Assembly (NCBI RefSeq): GCF_009914755.1 | Contig: NC_060928.1 | Length of the DNA: 64,000 nucleotides | Reading direction: 5' to 3' (one strand) | Source of the DNA: the human T2T-CHM13v2.0 reference genome, Homo sapiens | In this document: one piece after another, positions 44,241-57,274 of the stretch | Numbering within the stretch: position 1 is the stretch's first letter | How the letters are laid out: the number at the start of each line of letters is the position of its first letter | The notes under the pieces: generated by a model | Told to the model about the DNA's origin: nothing | Seen by the model: only the letters and a program-made list of their open reading frames with translations | Databases searched by the model: none | Program-made: the position numbers and the translations under genes

Positions 44241-45559
44241 ACAAAAGGAAGAAAATAGTGATGTCAATTATTCCTGGATGATAACAGAGACCAGGTTATG
44301 ATCTGCTAAATGTGGTTTCATCTTTTATCCTTTAATATTCACATTTTTAAGGAAAATCTGTCATATAGGTCCGCTCAGGTTTAGCCAAACTTCACTGCCA
44401 TCATTGAACAAAGAATACTTAGCATGACTTAGATCTTACTGATCCAGTGAGAATTCAGACAACTTGTCATTTGTCTCTGATGGAATTAGATTGATAGGCT
44501 GGAGACAGATCAATGGAACTGCTTAAATGCCAGATTAAGTTATTTATGCATTATTCTACAAGACAGTTTTCAATTTTTCTGTGTTTCTCAGATCCCAGAT
44601 CCCCTGCATTAAATATGTCTGGGATGTTCACAGAAATCTAAGCTCTTAATCAACTTAATTAGAATTCGTGAAGATAAGGACCAACACAAATATATATTTT
44701 TTAAATCATCGTATCTAATTCTTATCTACACAAGATTTTGGCTCAACTACAGTTAGTAATGTGGTAACATGGAAGTTTTTTTTAAATTAAGGAGTGACAT
44801 GATTGTAGTTATAAGCCATGTTGAAGACCCTGATATGCAGACAGTTACTTGTGTCTATATTTTATTTACAATAAAGCCAAAGGCAACAAAGTTATACAGA
44901 ACATTAATCAGCAAGTTTGGTTCCACTGGGAAGCAATGCTAAACAGTTTGCCTGGAAATTATTTGCAATTCAATATTCAAAATACAGATACCTGTGCTTC
45001 AGCTACCTTACCTCCCAAACTAAGGAGCCGTGGTTGAGAACCCTTGCTCTATTCATGATATGCTTCACAGTTAGATGGTAGATAACCAATTATTCTTGTT
45101 ATCTGCCAATTGACTGGAAAATAGGGCCATATGAGAAAGGGTGGCACAAATATGATTTGGAAAGGGTTAAAATATAACTAGGCACATAGAAAAAAGTAAA
45201 TTAAAAAAATAATAAAATATTAAATATTTATCAATTTTTAACTTTTATTTTGTAAACATCACTACGGAATTATGACTTTAAATATATTTTCCTGCTTGAT
45301 TATTCCAGTGGCTTTGCTGTCACCAGGTTCAACCTACTCACTCTGATGTGTACTTTAAGCCCCCAGATTTGGAACTCATTAAGAGAGAAGGGCAGGGAAA
45401 TACGAAGGAGGAATAGCTCCTTGTTCCCAGAAAGCAAGTGTAATTTCAAAACATGACATGATCATGCTGAAATAACAATAGGGCCAAATACAAAAACTAC
45501 TATTGGCCATCTCGTGATCTATTAAGGATCAAAATAAGAAAAATATTGGTATTCAGTTG

Positions 45560-45780
45560 CAATGGTTGTTAAGCAGGGACAATTTTGGCACCCAGGAGAC
45601 ATTGGCAATGTCTGAGGACATTTTTAATTGTCACAATGAGGGGGAATGCTACTGAGTAGAGTACCTAATGAGTAGAGGCCAGGGACACTGTTAAACATCC
45701 AACAATGCACAGTACAGCCCTCATCAAAAAAAAGAATTTACCATCTAAAATGACAACAGTGCCAAGGTTGGGAGACCCAA
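45560..45780. mobile_element. MER20 (hAT-Charlie)
   Basis: GGCAATGTCTG...GTAGAGGCCAGGGACACTGTTAAACATCC...AGTGCCAAGGTTG. Confidence 0.9.
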
Positions 45781-46939
45781 TGAATTGAAACAAATTCAGA
45801 CTATAAAGATACTCCATAAGGATGAAAACTATATAAATGCAAAGAGCAGAAGGTTGCATGCAAAAGAAGAGTAAGTTTAATATATTTTTTAAACTGGTTT
45901 TCATATGTGAGTGGACTGGCATATCTGAGTGTGCTGTTTTCAGGGTTTTGTTGATTTTTGTTAATAATATGCATGACAATCAATATTTAGTGTTTGTTAA
46001 CTGTGTGATAGAGAGGAAAAGTTATTAGTAAGCCAACCTGAACCACAAAACCAAGAACTCTATTACACACTGGAGAGTGGTCAGCAGAGATAATCACAAA
46101 AACTACCAGGTAGAAACAGTGTTTAGTGGTGGATTCTAAGATAGTAGTTTAACCAAATTTCCACAAAAGAGAGTTAACTGTACAGACTTGTCTATTTTTG
46201 AAGGGAAATCTTTGCATGACTCTACTAATTTATGATGAGATAAAAAACTATCTGAGATGTCTGTAGCCATGACTTGATGGATAAGAGAATAAAATAGGGA
46301 AGGCACAAGAAAAAAAAAATGACATCCAAAAGTCTCATGAAATAGCTTATGATCTTTTACTGAGAGGAGAAAGCCAGACCAATCAGTGCAGACCTGGTAT
46401 TGAATCCCCATAGGATGGAACCATGTCTTGTTTTCAGATCAATAATTAATTAGTTAAATAGGAACATACAATCATGGCTTGAGAGAATATTATTATTTGG
46501 GGGTCTGTTCAGGTTATTTTATGCAAGGGAATGAATATAAATGCTAATTGTGTAAACCCACAAATCCAGGGTGTCAATATCTTTGTAATGGCTTAAGTGT
46601 TGGTGTAATAGTAAGATTTGTGGTCATTTATTCTGTGTATATTTGATCTATTTTAAGGAGTGTAAGCATTTAAAAGATCTTTTATATCAGATTCCTATTT
46701 TTATTAAAATTCAAAACTTGCCTATATTCTAATTAACTTTTGGATGGTTAGTGAATTGGATTTCTAAATGTTTATTTTTATTCATTAAATATGTAAGTTG
46801 TACCTAGAGATATGGGAAAATTTCCTAATGATTTGTAAGTTTAATAAGTTGAATGTTAAAGCAAAAGTAATCAGTGTTTCTCTCCAAACACAATAACCCC
46901 TGGAACTTTATCAACAAGAAGTGGCAACAGAGCATAGTC

Positions 46940-47269
46940 CAGGTGTTGGTAAACCATGGCCCACATGGCCCATAGGTCAAATTCTGTCTGCTGCCTGTAT
47001 TTTCACAGCCCGCAAGCTAAGAATAATTATCACATTTTTAAATGGTTGAAAAAAAAACAACTAAAAATAGAATTTTGTGACATGAAAATTATGACAATCA
47101 AATCTCAGTGTCCATAGCACTCTATTCAGTATGCTGTTGGAATATAGCCAGCCTCATTCATTTGTGTATTATCTCTGGCTGTTTTCATGCTATAATGGCA
47201 GAGACCATGTGTTGACAAAGTCTACAATATTTACTATCTGGCCCTTTACAGAAAGTTTACTAGTCCCTG
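46940..47269. mobile_element. MER58B nested in a MIR (MIR continues to about 47510)
   Basis: CAGGTGTTGGTAAAC...GCAAGCTAAGAAT...CTGGCCCTTTACAGAAAGTTTACTAGTCCCTG. Confidence 0.88.
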
Positions 47270-47877
47270 GGGTAGCAGTTACAAGCTTGGGCTCTGAACA
47301 AGACAGATTGTTTCAATGCCAGGTTTGCTGCTAGTAGCCATGAGATGGGCACATTTGTTAAACTCTGAGGATTCCAGTGTTTCCATTTGTAAAACGAGAC
47401 AATTTTAGTGACCACCTTATAGTCTGGCTACAAAGAGCAAGTTTGTTAATATGTGCAGAGCATCTAAAAGGGTGGCTAGAAGTAGGAAGCACTTAATGTA
47501 GGTTCTTACTAGCACTAACTAGTATGAGGCTCACTTACTGATATTTCTAGAGTGTTTCTGGAAGAAGTGCATACGCTATCAACTTGGAAATGTGTAATTT
47601 TTAAAGTTGCACAGTTATTTCAAGTTATAAATTAAAATTTGTATACCTTCTAAATGTCAGAGCCCTGACACAAAGCCAGTTGGATTTCCCTTGAACTTGC
47701 CCTGGTTCAAAAGGTTGGTAGCAGAAGAAAGAATCAGTGAATACTGGAATCACGTGGACTTTGAAATTATGCAGGCTTCAGCTGAATTATAGCTCTTCCC
47801 CTAGCAGTGTGCCTTTAAAAATAATCAATGTGCCTTTATGGATATCATTTTTGTCATCTACATAATTAATAAATATA

Positions 47878-48437
47878 TACCATTGGTCTATATATCTGTT
47901 TTGGTACCAGTACCATACTGTTTTGGTTACTGTAGCCTTGTAATGTAGTTTGAAGTCAGGTAGCATGATGCCTCTTTTTGTTTGTTCTTTTGCTTAGGGT
48001 TGTCTTGGCTATATGGGTTCTTTTTTGATTCCATATGAAATTTAAAGTAGTTTTTCCTAATTTTGTGAAGAAAGTCAATGGTGACTTGATGGGGATAGCA
48101 ATGAATCTATAAATTACTTTGAACAGTATAGCCATTTTCACGATATTGATTCTTCATATCCACGAGCATGGAATGTTTTTCCATTTGTTTGTGTCCTCTG
48201 TTATTTCCTTGAGCAGTGGTTTGTAGTTCTCCTTGAAGAGGTCATTCACATCCCTTGTAAGTTGGATTCCTAGGTATTTTATTCTCTTTGTAGCAATTGT
48301 GAATGGAAGCTTACTCATGATTTCACTCTCCGTTTGTCTATTATTGGTGTATAGGAATGCCTGTGATTTTTGCACATTGATTTCGTATCCTGAGACTTTG
48401 CTGAAGTTGCTTATCAGCTTAAGGAGATTTTTGGGCT
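47878..48437 (-). mobile_element. Internal L1PA ORF2 fragment with no 3' UTR or poly(A)
   Basis: [15 protein letters not shown]...WKNIPCSWI; parallels 25995-26550. Confidence 0.95.
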
Positions 48438-48550
48438 GATGCAAATACAGATGCTTGGACCTACTGAATCTCAAATGATGAGACTCAGATATTTGTAATT
48501 TTAAAGAAAGCTAAACAGGTAACACTGATGTACATGCAGGCTGGGATGAA
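48438..48550. mobile_element. MER5A-like fragment
   Basis: GACCTACTGAATCTC...CAGGTAACACTGATG. Confidence 0.55.
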
Positions 48551-49675
48551 AATCACAAAATTAAAATGCTTATGTGAGATCTAAATGAAATGAGTGTCAA
48601 ACTCCCAGAAGGGGACCTGCATCAACCAACCTGCCCCTATCCAATACTTTCTAATATCTCAAACATCACTCATTTAGGAAATTAGAGATAATAGAAAATT
48701 TGAACCTAGACTGCTTATCTTTATTCTAGGACTCCAGAACAGAGGAAGGATCATTTCTCTGCCCTAACAATAGGTAGCAAACAGACCTTGTGCCCCTCAA
48801 CCTCTGGGGGAAAAAGAAATGCCTCTATCCAACAGTCAGAATTTTTTTGAACACCCAAAATTGAAGAACAAGACTGCTCTTAGAATCTTACCAAATAATG
48901 CTATTAACTGATAGAATTAAAAGTTCAAATATTTAAAGCATATTTTTCTTTAAAGGTCATATTTCTATCAAAAATAGACCTTTTCCCCTTGCACTCTTGC
49001 AAGATTAACACTTAAAATCAGTAGAGCATCTGTAAGGCAGTGGTTACATATAGCCAGCTCTACTCTCTATGGTTCATCATCAGTACAAAGTCTCATTAAC
49101 CTTATCACTTTCTAGTCCTTGAGCACAATGGGATATGTCAGGCAGCTGCCACTGTCTGTGTGCTCTAATGCATAAACTTAATGGGCTTGGAGAACAAGAC
49201 TTCCAGCAGTGCCACGAGCTATTCAGAGGTACTTTTCAGCTAGCAAATATGTTATTCTGAACCATCCAGCTATTATTGGAAAGTATAGAGCCCTTAATTT
49301 TGGTTTAATGATGTTTTTATGGAGATTTCAATAAAACTCAGACCTCATTTCAAAAGTCCAAGAAAAATTAAAAGGTTTCTCCTTCCCACATGGTCCTAGT
49401 GACATTAAATAATGTCATATGTTGGTTTCCTCACCTTCTTCCCAGGTGCTACCTAAATGGTTTTGAAAGATAGCTTCACCTTGTGGATTCAATTGTGCAG
49501 AGTCTAAGGAGAGGTTCCAAAAGGAACTTAATTCTCTTAAAATTATTGTAAGAAAAAGAAAACATGTGTAACTAAACTTAATTGGTAGAGATGTCTAAAA
49601 GTTTCTCCTAACAATAGAAGAAATAAACTAGGATACTGGACAAAGTAGCCTTATATCTAAGAGCTATATAATCAC

Positions 49676-50055
49676 TGGTTTGGTTTGGATCTGTGTTTGC
49701 CAAACTCTTATGTCAAATTGTAACCACCTGTGTTGGAGGAGGGGCCTGGTGGGAGGTGATTGGATCATAGGGGTGGATTTCCCCCTTACTATTCTCGTAA
49801 TAATGAGTGAATTCTCACGTGATCTGATTGTTTAAAAGTGTGTAGCACCTCCCCACTCTCTTTCTTCCTCCTGCTCTGGCCATTAAGATATGCCTGCTTC
49901 CTCTTTGCCTTCCACCATGAAAGTTTCCTGAGGCCTCCCTAGAAGCCTGCTTCCTGTACAGCCTGTGCAACCGTAAGCCAATTAAACCTCTTTTCTTTAT
50001 AAATTACCCAGGCTTAGGCACATTTTTTATAGCTGAGTGAGAATGGACTAATACA
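49676..50055 (+). mobile_element. MSTA solo LTR
   Basis: TGGTTTGGATCTGTG...GAATGGACTAATACA; target duplication ATCAC/ACCAC. Confidence 0.92.
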
Positions 50056-50620
50056 ACCACTACCACTGTCCCCATCTCACCCCACAAATATAAATCTCAT
50101 TGATAGAGTAGGTGGCACTTAACAGACGATTGGTAGAAGAGCAAGAACAGCCTTGCAAAAACAATGCAATTAAATCGTATTAGTCTTGTAGTTAAAATAA
50201 TTTTCATAAAAGAAAGATAAGAAAAGTAGGCTGAATCTACAGTATGAGAAAAGGTGTCTATTTTATGTTATTTGTTCTCCTAATACTACCACTATCCTTC
50301 AAAAAAAGAGAGCTCAATTGTGGAAAATACCGTAACACATTTTGCTACATGGAATCAGACTGGATGTAAGCTCAAAGAGCTGGTCCAGGGAAGATCAAAG
50401 CCAGGGTCAGTTCTAGGCTGATAATCACTATTGCATATTCTATTATTGACATGTTAGTGCAGAAATTTAAAAGCCTACACAGCATCAAAAAGGATTTTCT
50501 TTATTTACCAAATTATAAAATTGGAAATGATTTCAGTGGTCATCTAACTGGGATCTTGTCACCACCCCCCACAAACACATACTGACTTTTATATCTTTCT
50601 ACTTTGTTTCTGTCTGTGGG

Positions 50621-50683
50621 TGTATTAGTCAGGGTTCTCTAGAGGGACAGAGCTAATAGGATGGATGGATAGATGGATGGATG

Positions 50684-50739
<56 letters not shown>

Positions 50740-50740
50740 C

Positions 50741-50805
<65 letters not shown>

Positions 50806-51164
50806 AAGGGGAATTTATTAAGTATTAACTCACACCATCGCAAGGTCCCACAATAGGCCATCTGCAAGCTGAGGAGCAAGAAGAGCCAGTTGGAGTCCCA
50901 AAACTGAAGAACTTGGAGTCTGATGTTCGAGGGAAGGAAGAAGGAAGTGAGTCTAGTCTTTTCATGTTTTTCTGCCTGCTTTATATTTCTAGTTGAGCTG
51001 GCAGCTGATTAGATGGTGCCCACCCAGGTTAAGGGTGGGTCTGTCTTTCCCAGCCCACTGACTCAAATGTTAAGTCCTTTGGCAACACCCTCAGGGACAC
51101 ACCCAGGATCAATACTTTGCATCCTTCAATCCAATCATGTTGACAAGCAGTATTAACCGTCACG
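50621..51164 (-). mobile_element. MLT2A1-like solo LTR (HERV-L)
   Basis: TGTATTAGTCAGGGTTCTCTAGAGGGACAG...CAGTATTAACCGTCAC. Confidence 0.95.
50660..50804. repeat. Compound (GATG)n(GATA)n tetranucleotide STR
   Basis: About 145 bp; the GATA run is interrupted once by CATA. Confidence 0.98.
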
Positions 51165-51364
51165 GGTACTTTGAAGGAAATAATTTACTTTAAAGAGATT
51201 TCTGGACATTTCTCTCTTTCTGAATCTTACCATATCCAATCAGCTACTAATCCAATCTCTTTTTAAATTCTTATTTCTTTCTAACTGTGATCTCTCCTCT
51301 GCAATACTTTTTAGTCAGTGTTAAAACGCTAAGTCTTCTTAAAATAGTACTTTGATCCTTGAGC

Positions 51365-51816
51365 TGGATGGAAAATCTCTGTTTGCTCCTTTGCAATCGT
51401 GTTTACCTTTTCTGCACACTTCCCTGTGCCCTGCAAAGTTAACTTCTGCAGATACCATCCACTAGTTATGATGTTCTTTAGCTTCTTTCAGTTTGCAGTG
51501 AGAGTCACCAACAGGAGATCAGGAATCAATAGGACAGAGAGGTGACCATATCTTTTATCCTGGCCACCAACAAGGGCTGGCTGTGGTTTGGTAGTTGTAT
51601 TTCTCAAAGGACAGGAAGGATGGGGATCTCTGATATCTTCAGCTCTCTTCAAGTGCTGGCAATTATTTTCCCTCTTTCTTCTCCAGGTCTAATGTTGCTG
51701 GCATCTGTGTGTTTTTCCCTTAATCCTGTCCACATTTTTGTAAATAATCTCTTCTTTCAATTCTTTTCAATTATGTGTGCCTTCAATTGGTTCCTAATAA
51801 AATTCTGACTGATACA
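51365..51816 (+). mobile_element. LTR33-like ERV-L LTR
   Basis: CACCAACAGGAGATCAG, TTTGTAAATAATCTCTTC and terminal CTGACTGATACA. Confidence 0.7.
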
Positions 51817-51929
51817 ATAATCTTACTTCCCAGCTAGGTACTTTGAAGTGTCTTCTTATGAGTTCCATTTTCCCATGCCTGGTCCCCATTAAATATAGTC
51901 CTAATCTATCTGTCTTGATTAATTTCTAT

Positions 51930-52445
51930 TGCTCAGTTACATGAACCCTTTTCTCTAGCCAGACTACATAACTCACTCTGTCTGCCACATATCCCCTGTA
52001 TTCCCATAACCAGACTTGACATGGGGGACTCAATTTGGCTGGATTGACCAGCCCCTTTTCTCTGAGATCTGCACTCTGTGTTCCTCATTAAACTATCAGC
52101 AGTTATGTTTCTGCCATATGACCCTCCTCTCGATCCATAAAATATTAGACCAGGAATGCCTACAAGATCCAAATTGGGCCAATCACATTCTTGTTCTCAC
52201 AGACTTGGAATTTTAATAGAGTTGTTAGGACTAGATTCTGTTGGTAGTGGGAAAACATGAATAGCATTGGGATGAAAGAAGATCCACAATCAAATCATCC
52301 ATCCTGTGCCCCACCCTTTTTGAGGTTTGATTTAAAAACACTTCCTAGATTTTTTTAGAGACGCTAGAATAGCTTCTTTAATAAGTTTGATTATGCTAAT
52401 CAAGTTTTATTTATTTAACCGGAAAGCAAAAGAACCGCCCCTAAC
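51930..52445. mobile_element. Degenerate MLT1 (J/K/L-like) LTR
   Basis: CCAAATTGGGCCAATCACATTC...GGAATTTTAA motif. Confidence 0.45.
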
Positions 52446-52507
52446 ATATGAGGCAGTCAACATCTCTTTGCCTTGGAAAAACACCATGCCTCAATCCACA
52501 TATTTAA

Positions 52508-54110
52508 AGCAATGGTCCGCAAAGTAGGTTGTAAGCCACAGAGGATGCACAAGACGTGTGTGAAAAAAAAAAATGAAATATTTATTTCGTATCAAAATGA
52601 TTTAAAAATCAAGCTACATTCATATTTAATATTCAGATTAACATTGGTGCCCTCACTCAGTTGGCAGGTCAGCAGGTGAAGTATCCTCTATTTACATGGG
52701 ACTCTAGGAGCGGAGTGGGAGCTTTATAAGATGAAGAGGTTGACAGTGGTATTCCCCCTTCTTTATTTGCTTTTAGAAAAAGTTAAAATATAATAGTCTA
52801 TGTGTGCCTTGTTAGATTGGTTTAAATGCTAAGCTAAAGGCTAGAGTTTTTACAGAACATGACATGAGAAGGGACTTGACCATGCCTTATTTTGTAACAT
52901 CCAAGAGGTTCACTTTTTATCTCATTGCAAAGTACTTAAAAGAGTTGTCAAGCTAAAAGATAAGGTAAGCATTTTTATTTTAAAAAGATAAGTGTTCCAA
53001 ATATACTCAATGTTTGGTGATAAAAAGTTGCTGTTAGTAGTATACTATCTAGCAGATATTTTGTAAAAAATTCAACTTCTACTGTTTTTTCAAGATAAAA
53101 TATGATATTTTTAAAAATTCAAAGTACCTTTATTTTGAAAGAAACTCCTTTGAAATTGTGTATTTGTTAAAGTTTCTGTCAGTATGAGATTGTATTGCCA
53201 AGATAAGTTATTTACACGAATCTTAAATATAAAAATAGAAATTTGTAATCAGTTTTAAATTATCCAAATAATAGTATTATTAGGTGTCGAGCTGTTTGCT
53301 TAAAATATAAAAATGCAACACCTTACAAATGATTCAAGAACAATCTATCAACATCAGTTAGGTTAGAAAATTAATAGCTAATTTCAATTAAACACTTTTC
53401 ATAATAGGAACAGAAAAATATGCATCAAAATGATCAAATATGGCCAGTTGTGAACTTCTCCAGTTGGGTCAATATACCTTTCTGAGCTATGACAGCCATC
53501 CCTTTAAAATAAAATGTTAAAATACACTGAACTTGGAACCAGAACTTTAGAATGTTATTCAAAAACAAATAATTAAAATTCATTTTTCAGTACAATGAAG
53601 CATTTCCAATAATATTTAGTAGGAACAAAGAGTTTTGAGGTATAACTAATAAAATTAAATAAAATAATTTAATGTGGTATTTATTTATTTTCATCATATA
53701 CTTTATTCTTACTTATATGTTTTATTATATAGAAATATATTATTTCTGTGGTTCATGTATCTGATATATAAATGAATTAAATAACTGTATATCTTAATTT
53801 ATACATTTATACATTATTTTATATTATTCATATTATACATTATTTTATATTATTCATTACATTAATATTTTATATTACTTTATAGTGTCAATTTATATAT
53901 CATTTCATATAATTTAAAAAAATTATATCTTAAAAAGTCATATATTAATAATGTATGTTTGATAATAATGTGTTCATGACATATAATCATAGTGTATAAA
54001 TAGACACGTTACTTATTATATAAAGGAATTATATATATACTTATTTATAATTGCAGGTGTTCACTTTTTTTAACTATTAGGAAAATTGGAACAGAATATT
54101 TCAGAAATGT
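52508..54110 (+). mobile_element. Charlie-type hAT transposon fossil
   Basis: Degenerate transposase motifs: TACTATCTAGCAGATATTTT (YYLADIF-like) and CTGAACTTGGAACCAGAACTT (LNLEPEL-like). Confidence 0.65.
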
Positions 54111-54784
54111 CAGCATTAGTGATGCACAGTTAGAGATAAACAAGAGTGGCTCTGAGTTGACAAATCAGTTTATATGCACTTGGGAATTTATTTTCTCTAC
54201 TCTTATACACATTTTAAATTTCCAAAGAAAACTCCTTAAAGAAGGACATTTTTGTAATCAAAGCCATAATAAGTCAAACTTGTAAATGGAGGATAATTAA
54301 AGATTTTTCATTAAGGGAATAAAACATTTGAGGGATCATTAACATGATGATCCAAGTCAAGTCTGTCTTCCCCCATGAAGGCTTCTTCCGAACCCAAACC
54401 TCTCGGTTTTTTCTTTCACTGAATTCCTCTTAAAGCTCTTTGTATAATTACTTTTAAGAGTAATTCTACAGTTATGTATTTTCATATTTCCTTGTTTTTC
54501 ATAAGCATTTATGTTATCACTTCAACTATTTTGCCAGTTCCTGGAGACAACCATTGTGTTTCATGGTTATGTAATATACCTTAGACCTTCTGTTCTTTCT
54601 TCATTCTCACTTGGCCTACACATATCCTGCTTAAATCCAACTACCCACCCATATAGGGGAGCATGGTTGGAAAGAAAGGCTTACTCAACTGGCTGATCTC
54701 ACTTTGAATTCAAGGTCACTTATCTCAAATAAACTACAGTGTATTATCCTGATCCCTTAATTCTACTTTCCCTGATGACAATTT

Positions 54785-55110
54785 TTTCTTGGTAGCTGGA
54801 CATGATGTATTGGTTAAAAGTAACTGACATTCATTGTCCTTTAGTAACATGGTGGTAAGGTGAGGGAGGTGGGGAAATGTTTTATCTATAGTCTTGTGAG
54901 TAAGTCTCAGTCTTTCAGTGAGCCTCTGCCTCTGGATTATGAACTTCACAAGTGCTTCTCAGTGTTTTCTCCCCTTAGGTGGGACAGGAGAACTGGAGTG
55001 GGCTGAAGTTGGGTATTTCCCTTCTTCCAGGTCAGTTAGGCTTTGATAAAACCCCAGCAGGTTTTTTCAAATAATTAACTATCAAATACTTTCTCTGAGG
55101 GAAGATCTTG
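54785..55110 (-). mobile_element. L1MD/L1M 5' region fragment
   Basis: GTCTCAGTCTTTCAGTGAGCCT...GAACTTCACAAGTGCTTCTCAG...GTTGGGTATTTCCCTTC. Confidence 0.65.
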
Positions 55111-55494
55111 TGTATCAGTCCATTTTCACACTGCTATAAAGAACTACCTGAGACTGGGTGATTTATAAAGAAAAGAGGTTTAATTGAGTCACAGTTCCAC
55201 ATGGCTGGGGAGGCTTCAGGAAACTTAAAATCATGGCAGGAGGTGAAGGGGAAGCAAGGCAAGTCTTACATGGTGACAGGAGAGAGAGAGAGAGATAGTG
55301 CAGGGGAAACTGCCACTTTTAAACCATCAGATTTCATGAGAACTCCCTCTGTCATGAGATACAGAACTATCATGAGAACAGCATGGGTAAATCTCCCCCA
55401 TGACCCAATCACCTCCCACCAGGTTGCTCCCTCAACACATGGGATTAACATTTGAGATGAGATTTGGGTGTGGACACAGAGCCAAACTATATCA
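55111..55494 (-). mobile_element. THE1D-like LTR
   Basis: TGTATCAGTCCATTTTCACACTGCTATAAAGAACTACC...GAGCCAAACTATATCA. Confidence 0.92.
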
Positions 55495-56160
55495 TTTCCC
55501 CAAATGCTTAACTCATTCCAGCATTATCTCAAAAGTGCAAGTCCAAAGTTTTATCTGAGACAAGGCAAGTTCCTTCTGCCTATGAGCCTCCAAAATAAAA
55601 AAAAAAATTAAAAAAACCACTTAATTACTTCCAAAATACAACAGGGGTACAAGTATTGGATAAATGTTCCCTTTCCAAATAAGAGAAATCAGCCAAAATA
55701 AAGGGGCCATAAGCCCCATGAAAGTCCAAAACCTGGCAGGGCACTCATTAAATCTTAAAGCTCCAAAATAATCTCCTTTGACTCCATGTCTTACATCCAG
55801 GCCACGCTGATGCAAGGGGTAGGCTCCCAAGTCCTTGGGTAGCTCTGCCTCTGAGGCTCTGCAGGGTACAGCCCCTGCAGCTGCTTTCACAGGTTGGTAT
55901 TGAGTGCCTGCCGCTTTTCCAAGCACAAAGTTCAAGCTGTTGGTGGATCTACCATTCTGGGGTCTGGAGGATGGTGGCTGTCTTCTCACAGCTCCACTAG
56001 GCAGTGCCCCAGTGGGTACTCTATGTTGAGGCTCCAACCCCACATTCCCCCTCTGCTTTGCCCAAGTAGAATTTTTCCATGAGAGCGCCACCCTTGCAGC
56101 AGACTTCTACCTGGACATTCAGGTGTTTCCATACATCCTCTGAAATCTAGGCAGAGGTTC
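55495..56160 (-). mobile_element. THE1/MST internal sequence, truncated
   Basis: ORF 55621-56091 (LEPQHRVPTGALPSGAVRR) is typical MaLR internal sequence. Confidence 0.92.
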
Positions 56161-56234
56161 CTGACCTCATGTGATCCACGAGGCTCAGCCTCCCAAAGTG
56201 CTGGGATCACTGGCATGAGCCACTGCGCCAGTCC
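56158..56234 (-). mobile_element. Alu 5' fragment fused to the THE1 internal sequence
   Basis: CCTGACCTCATGTGATCC...CCTCCCAAAGTGCTGGGATCAC...GAGCCACTGCGCC. Confidence 0.88.
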
Positions 56235-56435
56235 AAACCTGCTTCTTTTACAGCCTTCCCCACCCAGTATATGGCAACTCCATTATTCTACTTGATAAGA
56301 CCAAAAATCTTAATATTCATCTTCCTTTCACACTGCATTTTTAAGTTTACTTTCCACACAGCAACTAAAGTCATTCTGCTAAAAACTGTCAGATTATGTT
56401 ACACACATGACCAAAATCCTTCTGTGGTACTCCAA
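56235..56435 (+). mobile_element. L2 fragment
   Basis: ATGGCAACTCCATTATTC...CCAAAAATCTT and TCCACACAGCAACTAAAGT. Confidence 0.7.
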
Positions 56436-56539
56436 CTTTTGTAATTATACAATGGATTTTAATTGTAAATGTCTGTCAGAAAACCAAATAATTTAAAGGG
56501 TTTTCTTTCTACCATTTCCACTATTACTAGACAAAACAT

Positions 56540-57005
56540 TCTATGCTGGTTCCCTGAAAGCACCACTAATAACTGTTGATATGGCAAGGCTGAGATCATT
56601 ACTTGCTGCAGTAATGAAGAACATTGTCTTGAGAGAATTAGTGGAATCTCAGAAGGACAAGGCAACACTGAGAACTTTATGAGGCTTTTGGGTTTATAGT
56701 TTAAGGTATCTTTCAATGTACGGGTTTACTTATAATGGAAGAATCATGAGGCAACAGTGTAGGATTGGTGATAGAGCCAGACTCAGATTTTGAGAAGAGG
56801 GTGTCAGGGAGAGTCTTAGCACATAAATAATTGTTTAATGTTTTCTGTATATGCAACATTTATTTTGCGGGGCAATTGTTTCTGGAAATTAGTCATGAAA
56901 ATGAAAATAGTAACAAGTGAAGAGATGCCATATTAAGATAGCCAATTGCAAAGTCATGCAAATGATGACAACAGTCTATGTGAGTATAGATCTTTTCAGT
57001 TCTCA
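56540..57005. mobile_element. LTR79-like ancient LTR
   Basis: TGCTGGTTCCCTGAAAGCACCACTAATAAC start and ...TTCAGTTCTCA end; family recalled from memory. Confidence 0.5.
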
Positions 57006-57274
57006 GTAGATACCTTTCCCTCCCAGCAGCTATCCATGCCCACCATCTGAAGTCAGAAAATTAGAGACTCTTCCTATGAATGCATAGAACAGATCAAATA
57101 TGGAGAACTGGGTTGATTCACATATTATCAGCCCTGTTTGGTCATTAAAAATATTAAAATATCTAAATGCTAATGTTTAACACTGTTTATTGACTAAATT
57201 AAGTCAACTATCACTATATTTGTGTCAGAGAAATATATAATCAAAATAGTAATTTAACTGAGCATCAATAGCTT

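Noticed and set aside
50625-50879. (LSIY)n repeat protein
   Set aside because: Translation of the GATA microsatellite.
55621-56091. 156-aa ORF
   Set aside because: MaLR internal sequence in a truncated THE1 element.
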